Shown here in pieces: positions 47,106 to 56,669 of a stretch of 64,000 nucleotides of DNA. Below the pieces are notes generated by a model. The model saw nothing but the letters and a program-made list of their open reading frames with translations, did not search any database and was not told the origin of the DNA. How positions within the stretch are numbered: position 1 is the first letter of the stretch; each line of letters starts with the position of its first letter. The position numbers were made by a program, and so were the translations under genes. Source of the stretch: an uncultured virus (IMG/VR IMGVR_UViG_3300042891_000356) (Duplodnaviria > Heunggongvirae > Uroviricota > Caudoviricetes); the IMG/VR virus record IMGVR_UViG_3300042891_000356. The stretch is one strand, 5' to 3'.

Positions 47106-47196
47106 AATGATCCTATGCTCACTTTTGGCATCCCTCCAGGCCAGCAGCCGGCCACACCAAACACCATAACGAGTATGGGCCTAAGGTAGGTGTTCT
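47106..47196 (-). ncRNA. candidate structured RNA in a GC-rich intergenic gap
   Basis: Stems CCUA/UAGG, CCAUA/UAUGG, AACACC/GGUGUU, GGCCGG/CUGGCC; one of very few long gaps in this abutting array. Confidence 0.4.
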
Positions 47197-48192
47197 TTAA
47201 TTCTTATAATAGAAGTAGTGTATATCTTCTTCTGGATTATACTTTACTACTAAATCGTCTAACACAAACTCATCGCCGTATTCGTCAACCAACTGCGCAA
47301 ACGTGGTGGCATCACCGAAAATATATTCAATAACATCATCATCGGTACAATTACCTTGATAGCTTAATCCTTCGTCTTCGCTTATAAATTCATTTGCTCT
47401 CATATCGGTCTGATTCAACACATACCTATCATACAAATCACTTAATTGGAAATCACTACGAATTAGTTGCTCTTCAGCACTGCCTGTAGGCCACGGTTTC
47501 TTTTTATTATATGCTATTTGGTATGCTTTTTCTGGAGTTAACGGCACATTTTTTCTAACTGTGTCCTTAAACACGCTGTATAGAATAGGGTAGTCATCAT
47601 CACCTACCATACCTGACGCTACAGGTTGTTGTCCACCCTCACGGCGGATAAAATCAGCAAATACTTCTTGAAACACTTTTTTTGGATTACGACAGTAATC
47701 TCTGCTGGATTGGCAGTCATCAGTAAAGCCTTCAAAGTGTACACGGTAATCGCCTACTTCGTCTACACCAACATCTTCCGGTGTTAGATTATTTAAAAAT
47801 TCTTCAACTTCTGGATCTAGTGATTCAGTTAATTCTTTAACAGGCACATACGCTGGTATGTGCGTTATTCCTAATTCTCTTGCCTGCCATGCACGATGGT
47901 TACCATCTAAGATATGCCCTTGTCTGTCTATGACAATAGGTTTACGTTTGATATCGTCTGGTAAGATTTCATCAGCATAGTCTACATCGACGTGTACTAC
48001 ACGACCATACGGATCATCGTCTGCGTCAATTTGTAATTGATCTACTGCTACAGTTTTTAGTACATATTCTGTATTGGCTAATATTATTTGATCTAGGTTA
48101 CTGTCTTTTTGTGATGCTGGATGTATGCTGTTGACATAGTCTAAGACCTTGCCGGCGCTAACATTTTCTAAGATAAATTCTTTAGCTCTCAT
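47197..48192 (-). CDS. ParB/Srx-like domain fusion protein
   Basis: PIVID...ILDGNHR...IPAYV; leader MRAKEFILE and an internal MRANEFISE. Confidence 0.75.
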   Translation of the reverse strand: MRAKEFILENVSAGKVLDYVNSIHPASQKDSNLDQIILANTEYVLKTVAVDQLQIDADDDPYGRVVHVDVDYADEILPDDIKRKPIVIDRQGHILDGNHRAWQARELGITHIPAYVPVKELTESLDPEVEEFLNNLTPEDVGVDEVGDYRVHFEGFTDDCQSSRDYCRNPKKVFQEVFADFIRREGGQQPVASGMVGDDDYPILYSVFKDTVRKNVPLTPEKAYQIAYNKKKPWPTGSAEEQLIRSDFQLSDLYDRYVLNQTDMRANEFISEDEGLSYQGNCTDDDVIEYIFGDATTFAQLVDEYGDEFVLDDLVVKYNPEEDIHYFYYKN

Positions 48193-48893
48193 TATTTTAA
48201 ACTCAAATCATCGTCTTGTTGTTGACGGTATGCTTTACTTAATTTGTCCATGTACTTCATATTACGTAGGATTTTAAATGCTAGATTTTCTGTGCTGAAT
48301 TCACCGCCTGCATCTAAACCTGCACGGCGCATTTTACGAATCTTTTCTGATATGCGTTTAATATCTTCTGGATCATCAGCGGCTACAATAGCATGATCAA
48401 TTTGGCTACGTAGATCTAATACTTTGGCATTAACACTAGCACGATCAATTGATGGTACTTTAAAGTCAGGAGTTTTAAGCCACTTATTGTTTAACAAACT
48501 ATACACACCTTCGCTAACTGGAGGTTGCGCAACATCTTCTACATACAATTCTACATCATAACCGTAGATGGTAATGTCGTGTCCATCATTCCAAATTTGT
48601 TTCTTGGCACGATAGAACGCTTCGGCAATATCATCGCACTGTAGGTCACTGTAGTTAGTAACCACGTGTACATCAAAGTCACTGAACTTAGTCCAGTTAT
48701 AGTTGGCCATACTACCTGTAAGTACAACATCTTCTACTTTAAAATTAGGAATCTCTAAGTAGCTAACAAATCGTTCGGCTATTTCTAATAGACGATCACG
48801 CACTTCTTCGACGAGTGTGTTATTGTCCCAGGCCGCTGGATTCAGCTGACTGTTATAAGCAACGTTGTTCTTGGTAAAATCTCTAGCTCTCAT
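48192..48893 (-). CDS. Pol-beta superfamily nucleotidyltransferase
   Basis: LTGSMANYNW..SDFDVH (GS...DxD), VELY; leader MRARDF. Confidence 0.8.
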   Translation of the reverse strand: MRARDFTKNNVAYNSQLNPAAWDNNTLVEEVRDRLLEIAERFVSYLEIPNFKVEDVVLTGSMANYNWTKFSDFDVHVVTNYSDLQCDDIAEAFYRAKKQIWNDGHDITIYGYDVELYVEDVAQPPVSEGVYSLLNNKWLKTPDFKVPSIDRASVNAKVLDLRSQIDHAIVAADDPEDIKRISEKIRKMRRAGLDAGGEFSTENLAFKILRNMKYMDKLSKAYRQQQDDDLSLK

Positions 48894-48901
48894 TGTTTAT
48901 C

Positions 48902-49279
48902 CTAACCGTTTGTAAAATCAAATAACGCATCTTCGCCTTTGTCTGTTAAGGCAGAATTCTGTACCAATCCATTGGCTGCTAATGACTGTTGTAGTGCGTC
49001 AAAGTCTTTAGTTTGTCCTAGACTATCATAGCCATACCCTAGCTCGTTGTCGTGTGCAGTTTGAATTGCTTTTAGCACTAACATAGTGCCGTACCCTTTT
49101 CTTTGAAATTCTGGGGAAATACTCACGTCGTGAAATGCATCACCTTCTTCGTCAACACTATATTTGTATGCGCCTACTTTGACATTTCCGACAAATAATT
49201 CCACAGTGAATCCACGAGCAAAGTTACTTTGGCTACTTACTCGAAATTTATTAGTGTTAGTAACTTCGTTTATCAGCAT
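48902..49279 (-). CDS. GNAT acetyltransferase
   Basis: VSISPEFQRKGYGT acetyl-CoA-binding motif A. Confidence 0.75.
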   Translation of the reverse strand: MLINEVTNTNKFRVSSQSNFARGFTVELFVGNVKVGAYKYSVDEEGDAFHDVSISPEFQRKGYGTMLVLKAIQTAHDNELGYGYDSLGQTKDFDALQQSLAANGLVQNSALTDKGEDALFDFTNG

Positions 49280-49280
49280 A

Positions 49281-50642
49281 TTAGTGTATTGCGTATTCTA
49301 TACGCTTGCCTTCTTTATCTGTGTACAGTAAACTAACGTCCCATGCTCCATTACCACCTGCACGTTTAACGTAGATGTGATCTTTAATCCATTCTGCTAC
49401 ACCACCGTCACTATCTCTGCCGCGGATATTTTGTTCTAGGCTGTAGATAAAGATTTGATCGAGATCTGATATTTCTTGTGTATCGGCACCCCACTCACGA
49501 CCTGTTTCTTCGGCTAGCGCACGCACATCCCATGGCTGTAAATCCACAGCATTATTGATAGAGACAATAAAATCATTTGCTTCGTAATTCCAACTGGTGT
49601 AACTTTCGCCAGCATCTGCTGCAGCATCAAAGTCAATTTCGCCTTCTTCCTCGTGGCCTTCTGGATATACATATCCTTTTTCACGTAGGTAATCCCACCA
49701 GTAGTCGTCCCCAACTACCCAATCATTGACTATTTCACTAACATGATCGTTTACGGCTGTTTTAATTTTTTCTATTAACGGTTTTAGTACTTCGTCGGAA
49801 GCAAAGACTATCCAATCATTCAAATAGCCTTCTGGCATTTCTTCCTGGAAAAACGGTACTAAATTGCCAAAGCGCACTGTTAGTAAATCTACAATACTGT
49901 CTACACTGTTGTCGCCTTCGTCCATAAACTGACCACTAGGGAAGTGTAGTTGATATTTTTCACCTTCGTAGTCAGGCCGTTTAGGCAGTAGGATATACAT
50001 TTGTCCATCGCGGGCATACTGCTCGAATCTATTGTTTTCACGTGCGGCTGTACACCATCTAGTGCCTTGACCATAGTAACAGGCTGCATCTTCGTCATGC
50101 GGCACAATAATGCGCACAGCTTCATTTTCGAACGCAGTGTAGGCATCGCCCTTGCTCATAGTTTTAGCAGCATCCTGTTCTTCTTTGGCCGCTAAGGCGT
50201 TACGCAGATCGAGATTTTGTGCAATATCTTCTAGTCCAGCAAAGTCAATGCGACCAATGTCACGATACTCTGCAGGTAAGATTTTTTTAACTTTAAATTC
50301 GTGATACATTTTAAGCGCACTGTTACCACGGCTTATTATATCTTCTAATTTGATGCCTTGGTTAGCATATACTTTAGTCAACCATTGTACATACTCTTTA
50401 TTAGGAGTAGGGTCGGAATTTTCAATTACAACCATGATATGGTCAATGATTATTTGACGTTGTTCTGCTGTAATCGCATCATTAATCTTGATCTTTTGAT
50501 CAATGAACGCACGGTCTGTGCCTAATTGTGTACCAGAAAGAGTGTGACTCTTATCCTTGCCCAATGCCGCAACAAGTTTGTTGCCAAAGACATTGACTGT
50601 TTTCTCTCTGCTGTACTCTCTTAAAAATTCTTTAAATCGCAT
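49281..50642 (-). CDS. PcfJ-like domain protein with leader MRFKEFLRE
   Basis: DPTPNKEYVQW, ACYYGQGTRWCTA, KYQLHF...FMDE. Confidence 0.55.
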   Translation of the reverse strand: MRFKEFLREYSREKTVNVFGNKLVAALGKDKSHTLSGTQLGTDRAFIDQKIKINDAITAEQRQIIIDHIMVVIENSDPTPNKEYVQWLTKVYANQGIKLEDIISRGNSALKMYHEFKVKKILPAEYRDIGRIDFAGLEDIAQNLDLRNALAAKEEQDAAKTMSKGDAYTAFENEAVRIIVPHDEDAACYYGQGTRWCTAARENNRFEQYARDGQMYILLPKRPDYEGEKYQLHFPSGQFMDEGDNSVDSIVDLLTVRFGNLVPFFQEEMPEGYLNDWIVFASDEVLKPLIEKIKTAVNDHVSEIVNDWVVGDDYWWDYLREKGYVYPEGHEEEGEIDFDAAADAGESYTSWNYEANDFIVSINNAVDLQPWDVRALAEETGREWGADTQEISDLDQIFIYSLEQNIRGRDSDGGVAEWIKDHIYVKRAGGNGAWDVSLLYTDKEGKRIEYAIH

Positions 50643-51573
50643 CGAACTGTCCTAATATACGTTGTGCTTCTCTTGTTAATAATGCTTTGGTATCTTCAGC
50701 TTTTTTCTTAGCTTCCGGTGTCACAGCTTTATCAAACTTACTGCTATTAACTGCCTTGCTTATTTTACTTATGTAAATTGCTTTCACTTGTTCTATTAAC
50801 TCAGGACGGCCCAAACTTTCAGCAATGCCAACAATACTGTTAATAGTATTTGAAGTTTTTATTTCGTCGCCCATGCCTGGATACTTGGCTAAACGTGCGC
50901 TGATAGTTTTAGCACCAAGGAATGTAGCAATATCAACTGCCCATGTGTCGGGATTATTTGTTATGGTTTTAAGCTCTGTATCTTTAGTTTGTCTAAAACT
51001 AACTGGCACACCATTTTGTAATTTAACCTGTACTCCACGTCCACCAAAGCTAAGATTTAATGCTTCTGCCAATGATGAATATAAACTTGCACTTAGTACA
51101 CCTTTAACATTGTACTCTGGTCCTAAGGCACGACTCCACTGTTCGTTCTCATAGTATGCTGTAACAAAGTCAACTTGTACATATTGCTCGCCTACTTTAA
51201 TTATAACATTTGTGCCGTTGTTAGTTGAGTAATTAGGGTTACTGTCGCAAAACTCTTTAATAGCTGAACTGTATGTTTGTTCGTTGGCATTGTCTGACAT
51301 ATCAGGCAAGCGTGGCACAAAGAAGTTAACATCAATGTCACCGTATTCACGAGTTGGATTTTGTGCAAGGTCGCGTTTGTAGTAGGTTGTACTACCAACT
51401 GGTGTACCTATCTTAACTGGTGCTAGGTCTTTAGTTTTTAAGAAAGCATTTAATGCTTGTTCGAACGCAGGTAATGATTGTACAACAACATCAACCAGTG
51501 CAGGTGTAATATGTGTACCTTGTGTTAAGGTACTTGCCCAACCGCCTTCTAAGATAAACTCTTTAGCTCTCAC
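50632..51573 (-). CDS. nucleotidyltransferase-like protein
   Basis: PVGST...YGDIDV, VQVDF; leader MRAKEFILE (GTG start). Confidence 0.65.
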   Translation of the reverse strand: MRAKEFILEGGWASTLTQGTHITPALVDVVVQSLPAFEQALNAFLKTKDLAPVKIGTPVGSTTYYKRDLAQNPTREYGDIDVNFFVPRLPDMSDNANEQTYSSAIKEFCDSNPNYSTNNGTNVIIKVGEQYVQVDFVTAYYENEQWSRALGPEYNVKGVLSASLYSSLAEALNLSFGGRGVQVKLQNGVPVSFRQTKDTELKTITNNPDTWAVDIATFLGAKTISARLAKYPGMGDEIKTSNTINSIVGIAESLGRPELIEQVKAIYISKISKAVNSSKFDKAVTPEAKKKAEDTKALLTREAQRILGQFDAI

Positions 51574-52307
51574 AGTACTGACTTCCAGTTCTTAAACCAC
51601 ACCGCGGAACCTTCGCCTACTATTGCCTGCTGTGATTCTGGTAGTTGTACATTTTCTTTACCTAATGTTTCACGTGCATCTGCTACTAAGGCATTGTAGT
51701 TAGGTAGATTTTTAATCTTGGCAACGATAGTTTCGACTGATGCTAGATCAGCGGCACTGCCATTAAATAATTTGTGTGCAATTTCACTTGGATCTTTTGA
51801 AATAACTTCGTTCGTAGCACGATCCATTAGGCCATTCTTGTATGACCATTTCATGCCCTGTGCTTTGGCAATACTAGCAAGTAATACATGACGATGCATA
51901 CCTTTAAATGGGCTACCTTCTGGGCTACCTGTCATACTAAAACGTTGGAAGTTTGGATCACCAAACATAAAGTCAGTTTGTACATAGCCATTCTTTGCTT
52001 CACCATTGATAGGAGTTTTAAAATGTACGCTATCGCCTGTCTTTTTAATGTCAGTTGGCTCGATGCCTTTCTTTAATAGTTGCTGTACAAGTACTTCTTT
52101 GCTGATTTTGCTAGCATCAACTGCTAGATCTAAGTCGCCCGAAGTTTCTTTGTAGCCAGTTGACCCTAGCATATTATCTACTAGATTAAGTCCAGTAAGT
52201 TGTTCTAACCATTGTACTGTTGGAATAACATCGGCACGAGCAATACGCTGTGTTGCTTCGCTACCATCAGCTAGTTTAAATACATTTCCACCTTCGGTTA
52301 TTTTCAT
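51570..52307 (-). CDS. nucleotidyltransferase-like protein
   Basis: LGSTG..SGDLDLAV, VQTDFM, KGMHR; leader MKITE. Confidence 0.7.
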   Translation of the reverse strand: MKITEGGNVFKLADGSEATQRIARADVIPTVQWLEQLTGLNLVDNMLGSTGYKETSGDLDLAVDASKISKEVLVQQLLKKGIEPTDIKKTGDSVHFKTPINGEAKNGYVQTDFMFGDPNFQRFSMTGSPEGSPFKGMHRHVLLASIAKAQGMKWSYKNGLMDRATNEVISKDPSEIAHKLFNGSAADLASVETIVAKIKNLPNYNALVADARETLGKENVQLPESQQAIVGEGSAVWFKNWKSVL

Positions 52308-52331
52308 ACGAGACCTTTATATTCTATTAAG

Positions 52332-52337
52332 TATTTA
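52332..52337 (-). promoter_or_regulatory. late-type promoter TAAATA heading the effector array
   Basis: AATAAATA upstream of 52307. Confidence 0.55.
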
Positions 52338-52379
52338 TTTGAATAAGTTATTATAGTTTATAATAGTTTAACAGTCAAT

Positions 52380-52405
52380 AAAAAACCGCCCTTATGAGCG
52401 GTTTG
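52380..52405 (-). terminator. intrinsic terminator
   Basis: Minus strand AAACCGCUC-AUAA-GGGCGGUUU followed by a U tract, after the nuclease gene. Confidence 0.75.
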
Positions 52406-52420
52406 GTTTGTTTGGATTAG

Positions 52421-53134
52421 TTACTTAGGCAATGCAAACTTTAGTCCTGATGCTTGTTCTACAGCAGCCACAGTAGTTTCGTACTTAGGTAAGTCTGCTA
52501 CAGGCAGTGGACCGTTGGGCATTAAATAAGCCTTAACTTTCTTACTGTTCTTTTCAATGATAATCTTGTATAAGCGTGTAGGAATACCTAAACCATTACC
52601 CGTCTTTTGATGGCCAGCATCAAAGATACCACCCGAAATAATGTAGTAGTCTGTACCTGGTTGCTTTGCCCACTCACGTTCAAATGTTTCTAACTGTTTC
52701 CAAATGCCACGGTTGTTGTTGGCTATTTGCGGTTGCATATTGCTTAGGTAAAAACTCTCACTCATGATTGCTGGATCTTGTGTGTTATTACCTGCTGGGC
52801 TCATATGACCACGGTCATGTGTACGACCTACTGTAGCATAGTCAGCAAGTGTTGCTGAACATGCCGGTGTAACTTTTGGGTCTGGGCGGAAGTCATCTTT
52901 ACGTTTAGCAGGACCAGTCATATCTTCTGATGATAATCGTTCGAATACTGCAATAGGTGCTTTAACAGCACAGCTATGTATAATAGCATAATTCTTGTGA
53001 CAAATTTCTTGATCGCCCGGCTTGGCTGCGTAGGTTGCACTACCTGCGGCTGTTAATGCAGGGCACTCTTGATTGATACCTGCCCATGCCGTTGATGATA
53101 CTAAAATTGATAATACTAATACTAACTTTTTCAT
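52421..53134 (-). CDS. secreted DNA/RNA non-specific endonuclease (NucA/EndA family)
   Basis: Signal peptide, DRGH, SNMQPQ, NRGIW..LE. Confidence 0.93.
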   Translation of the reverse strand: MKKLVLVLSILVSSTAWAGINQECPALTAAGSATYAAKPGDQEICHKNYAIIHSCAVKAPIAVFERLSSEDMTGPAKRKDDFRPDPKVTPACSATLADYATVGRTHDRGHMSPAGNNTQDPAIMSESFYLSNMQPQIANNNRGIWKQLETFEREWAKQPGTDYYIISGGIFDAGHQKTGNGLGIPTRLYKIIIEKNSKKVKAYLMPNGPLPVADLPKYETTVAAVEQASGLKFALPK

Positions 53135-53151
53135 TGAAATCTCCTATAATA

Positions 53152-53159
53152 TATTTATA
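53152..53159 (-). promoter_or_regulatory. T4-type late promoter TATAAATA
   Basis: Exact TATAAATA followed by AGGAG RBS and ATG 53134. Confidence 0.65.
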
Positions 53160-53769
53160 CTACAGGCATCCACGTATTCAATACAAACGGTGTAGCATGT
53201 ACATATTTTAATGGTACAAAGTCCATGCTGATACTAATCCTAGGTTCATCACCAGTCCAGGGTTCTACCATATGTACATCACCTATATCTTCGTACAAGG
53301 TAATAGTATTATTTTCGCAGGGCATGTCATAGGTAGCATCGGGGAATTTATAGATAGTTGTGCTGGGCTCTGCGTTTATATAATAGCTACAAACATAAGT
53401 TTCGTGTAGGCCACTTAGCGCACCCCAATGGTTGTGCCAGGGGATACTGTCACCTTTTTCTAAATAGTTTAACCAAGCGTGTACACAGTAAGGTTGATCA
53501 TATTGATTAACTTCTTTAAAGAAAGTACAGGCTTCTCGATATAGTTGATGTATTTCTTGATAGGGAAAGGTTAGTGCATTGTAGTAGTCGTGATACTTGC
53601 TACTCATAGGCACACCTTCTAACTGTTTAGCTAACTCGTTCTGATAGTATTTGTTGTCGGGTACAGTAAGATCGCTATAGGCTTTGGTAATCTTATTGTT
53701 AATACGTCTAGCATCACGTTTAAGTCGATCTAGATCTAGATTAATCTTTTTTATTTGTATTGGTGTCAT
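53155..53769 (-). CDS. 2OG-Fe(II) oxygenase-like protein
   Basis: AWLN, WHNH, HMV, RISIS. Confidence 0.75.
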   Translation of the reverse strand: MTPIQIKKINLDLDRLKRDARRINNKITKAYSDLTVPDNKYYQNELAKQLEGVPMSSKYHDYYNALTFPYQEIHQLYREACTFFKEVNQYDQPYCVHAWLNYLEKGDSIPWHNHWGALSGLHETYVCSYYINAEPSTTIYKFPDATYDMPCENNTITLYEDIGDVHMVEPWTGDEPRISISMDFVPLKYVHATPFVLNTWMPVV

Positions 53770-54505
53770 TTGAAATTAATCGTGATAATTGATAAGTCCA
53801 GTCAATGCCTTGACCTAGACTATGATCTGCTAGACTTTGGTCTTCGTGATGGTTTTTATGCCATGTTTCACCAAAGCCAAACCACATATAACTTCTACTG
53901 TTATTAGGACCTAGATCATCATGTTGCATCAACAGTACTAATGCTACTGCCCATAAGGTTAGACTGCAAGGAATTAACCATAAGAATAGCAATGCTTTCC
54001 AACTGATTAGATAAAATATAGCCGCGTTAGCAAATACAAATGGCCAATAGAATTGATGTACAAATCCGTAACGTTTTGTCAATTCTGCCATGTTTCTGTT
54101 AAATTTAATTTCTTTTTGATCTATTTGTCTGTGGAAACAGTATAACACACTACGCCAGCCGCGATTTGGACCATGCGGATCCTGATCACTATCGTGTATT
54201 CTGTGATGCACTTGATGGATGCTAGCATAGCATATTGGACTGCCCATGCCGCCCATCATAGCACACCAAGCAACAAACCATTCTGTGGGCTTGTTCATAG
54301 TAAAGTAATGGTGACAGTAATAACGGTGCATACCGATATTATTACCAATAGCCAGATATAAGAAGTAAAAGATAAAACTACCTAACCACCATAGCCAATC
54401 TGCACCGCTGGTAACAGCTAGATATAGATATACAGGCAACATAACCTGCATTAGAGTCATCCAAAAATAATTAGGTTGACTTAGCCATTTGATAAATTTA
54501 TTCAC
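53741..54505 (-). CDS. membrane fatty-acid (delta-9-like) desaturase 1
   Basis: His boxes HRYYCH, HQVHH, HKNHH; DPH; TM helices. Confidence 0.9.
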   Translation of the reverse strand: MNKFIKWLSQPNYFWMTLMQVMLPVYLYLAVTSGADWLWWLGSFIFYFLYLAIGNNIGMHRYYCHHYFTMNKPTEWFVAWCAMMGGMGSPICYASIHQVHHRIHDSDQDPHGPNRGWRSVLYCFHRQIDQKEIKFNRNMAELTKRYGFVHQFYWPFVFANAAIFYLISWKALLFLWLIPCSLTLWAVALVLLMQHDDLGPNNSRSYMWFGFGETWHKNHHEDQSLADHSLGQGIDWTYQLSRLISNDTNTNKKD

Positions 54506-55296
54506 GGTTGCCCTTTTGTATTAAATTTAGGAAAAAATATTTTACTAAAATGATATGTGTAATCTATTTCATTAGTATATATCGCTGTATTTGGCGCCAT
54601 TGGCCAATTGTGATGATTTAAATGCAGTCCTTCATACCAAGGTTCAATTAGATGTGTTGAACAGTTATTGGCCTTCATTGGCCAATGCTGTCTTAATACT
54701 GCAAATCCAATACCCCAAATTGCTAGTGACACAGGGATTAACCAACAAAATAAAAATATTTTATAATCAATCATCCATAATAGTGCGGCATTGGCTAATA
54801 TAATAGGAACATAATACCTATGTAACCACCAATACCTTTTACTTAATTCTAAAACATGTCTATTGAATACAGGAGTTATGCTGGGATTAATTGGGCGTTG
54901 GAAACAGAATAGAACTGAACGTAGTCCGCATGATGGGCCATGTGGATCCAATGGGGTATCGGTATATTTAGGATTATGATGTACCGTATGAGTCATTGCA
55001 TAGCTTAACGGATCGCCCATGCCTATCATAGACCCACACCATAAAAAGAAGTGTTCAACAGGTTTTGCTACTGTAAAGTGTCCGTGTGTGAAATAACGAT
55101 GTAGTGCAATATTATTTCCAATCATTGTATAGATTACTAGGTAAAAGAAAACAGCAACTAACCACCACACTGTGCCTGCATCGGATATTATACCAAGATA
55201 GATACTAACTGGCAATAACAGTTGTAGTATCGTGGCAAATTGTCTAAAGGGATTTAGTAGATTAATAGCTAGTTTATTTCGGTCACTAATGCGCAT
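54502..55296 (-). CDS. membrane fatty-acid (delta-9-like) desaturase 2
   Basis: His boxes HRYFTH, HTVHH, HLNHH; DPH; TM helices. Confidence 0.9.
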   Translation of the reverse strand: MRISDRNKLAINLLNPFRQFATILQLLLPVSIYLGIISDAGTVWWLVAVFFYLVIYTMIGNNIALHRYFTHGHFTVAKPVEHFFLWCGSMIGMGDPLSYAMTHTVHHNPKYTDTPLDPHGPSCGLRSVLFCFQRPINPSITPVFNRHVLELSKRYWWLHRYYVPIILANAALLWMIDYKIFLFCWLIPVSLAIWGIGFAVLRQHWPMKANNCSTHLIEPWYEGLHLNHHNWPMAPNTAIYTNEIDYTYHFSKIFFPKFNTKGQP

Positions 55297-55781
55297 ATTG
55301 CATGCTCTGGAATTATCAATTCTACTGACTTACCTGGAAATACTTTACTATGTTGTAGACTAGTTAATTTTTTACCGTTAGCAGTAATTGGACCCGTAAT
55401 AACCACAACGACTACTCGTTTATCACCAGCAGTGATTGTTTGAGCAACGGGACCATTTACTATTTCTGTGTGCAAATTTCTAGTTGCTGGTACAGGATTT
55501 ATGTGAAACAATGTAAGTCCACTATCGGTAGTGCGGATAATTTGATAATTACCCTTGCTATGACTTGTATCTACAATTGTTCCTGGAGCGCCAGTGGCTT
55601 CACTTATGTATATTTCACCTTCCGGTGTTTTAAATTCAGCCCAACCCTTGCCCTCTAAAACATACACAGATGGATGATAGTGGCCATCGCCATCGTTGAA
55701 ATATTCAATTTCTTCGTGCGGGCTCCAGTGTATCATGCAGTAAACAAAGTTACCAGCATTGAGGGCATTATTTAAAATCAT
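55269..55781 (-). CDS. cupin-like hypothetical protein
   Basis: Beta-rich, YVLEGKG. Confidence 0.5.
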   Translation of the reverse strand: MILNNALNAGNFVYCMIHWSPHEEIEYFNDGDGHYHPSVYVLEGKGWAEFKTPEGEIYISEATGAPGTIVDTSHSKGNYQIIRTTDSGLTLFHINPVPATRNLHTEIVNGPVAQTITAGDKRVVVVVITGPITANGKKLTSLQHSKVFPGKSVELIIPEHAICALVTEIN

Positions 55782-56116
55782 AGTATTACTTCGGGTGTTG
55801 CAATTGCATCTATTACCGGTGGAGCTGACGCTACAATTGCACTAGCATCAACTTCAGCGGTATATCCACTCCAAGCACTAAAATCTATTGCTGACGTATG
55901 AGCTTCTAATGCATCTCTAACTGCGACATACTGCGATACTTGGTATCTAATAGATTCAATAAATTGTTCCGGAGTTAATATTGACGTATCGGTTATTTGA
56001 AAACCCATAGCTGTATATTCATCAATTGGTTTTGCACTTGCGTCACTAGCATATTTTACTATGATATTATTAGCTGTGCTATCTATATCGATAATTTTAA
56101 TTGTAATTTTTGACAT
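55778..56116 (-). CDS. hypothetical protein (tail-fibre-associated)
   Basis: 112 aa with AAGGA RBS, downstream of the fibre gene. Confidence 0.6.
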   Translation of the reverse strand: MSKITIKIIDIDSTANNIIVKYASDASAKPIDEYTAMGFQITDTSILTPEQFIESIRYQVSQYVAVRDALEAHTSAIDFSAWSGYTAEVDASAIVASAPPVIDAIATPEVIL

Positions 56117-56134
56117 TGAACTTTCCTTATTGTT

Positions 56135-56668
56135 TTATTTATAGATGTAATTTAAGTTAATAACACATCTGGTTTTTTGATCTGTACAGGATGATCCTGC
56201 ATGTTCGGTATCGGAAGAAAATGCTACTAATCGATTTTCAATAGATTCTATTTTTGTACCATCTGCTAAGATAGTAAATCCATTATTTGTGTTTACGTAG
56301 AATACCGCAGTATATTTTTCAAAATTATCAAAGTCGCTAGTGTATTCAACATCGGTATGATAGTCATACTGAATTATATCATGAGTGGCTGGTAGCAGAT
56401 TAGCTTTGATTCTTACAAGTTCAATTGTCTTATTTGGTAATACGATTGGATTAATCAACGGAGCTATAATATTAAACCAATCACTGCGTACAACGTAATT
56501 ATTGTAGAATATATGGGTGAATTGATAATTGTACTTGTCCTCCACTATTGATTCTTCATTGTATAATACTTTAGTTGGGCACAAGTACCACGGAAAATCA
56601 GACCCAAGCAGGGTATTTTTGAGTAAATTAAAGTCTTCTGTACTTAGATAATTATCTATTATGTTCAT
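56135..56668 (-). CDS. 2OG-Fe(II) oxygenase
   Basis: HTD, YVNTNNG, ENRLV, H.G, RCVIN; start MNIIDNYL at 56668. Confidence 0.8.
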   Translation of the reverse strand: MNIIDNYLSTEDFNLLKNTLLGSDFPWYLCPTKVLYNEESIVEDKYNYQFTHIFYNNYVVRSDWFNIIAPLINPIVLPNKTIELVRIKANLLPATHDIIQYDYHTDVEYTSDFDNFEKYTAVFYVNTNNGFTILADGTKIESIENRLVAFSSDTEHAGSSCTDQKTRCVINLNYIYK

Positions 56669-56669
56669 A

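Noticed and set aside
47106..47196. tRNA gene
   Set aside because: No cloverleaf, no T-loop GTTCRA and no CCA end on either strand.
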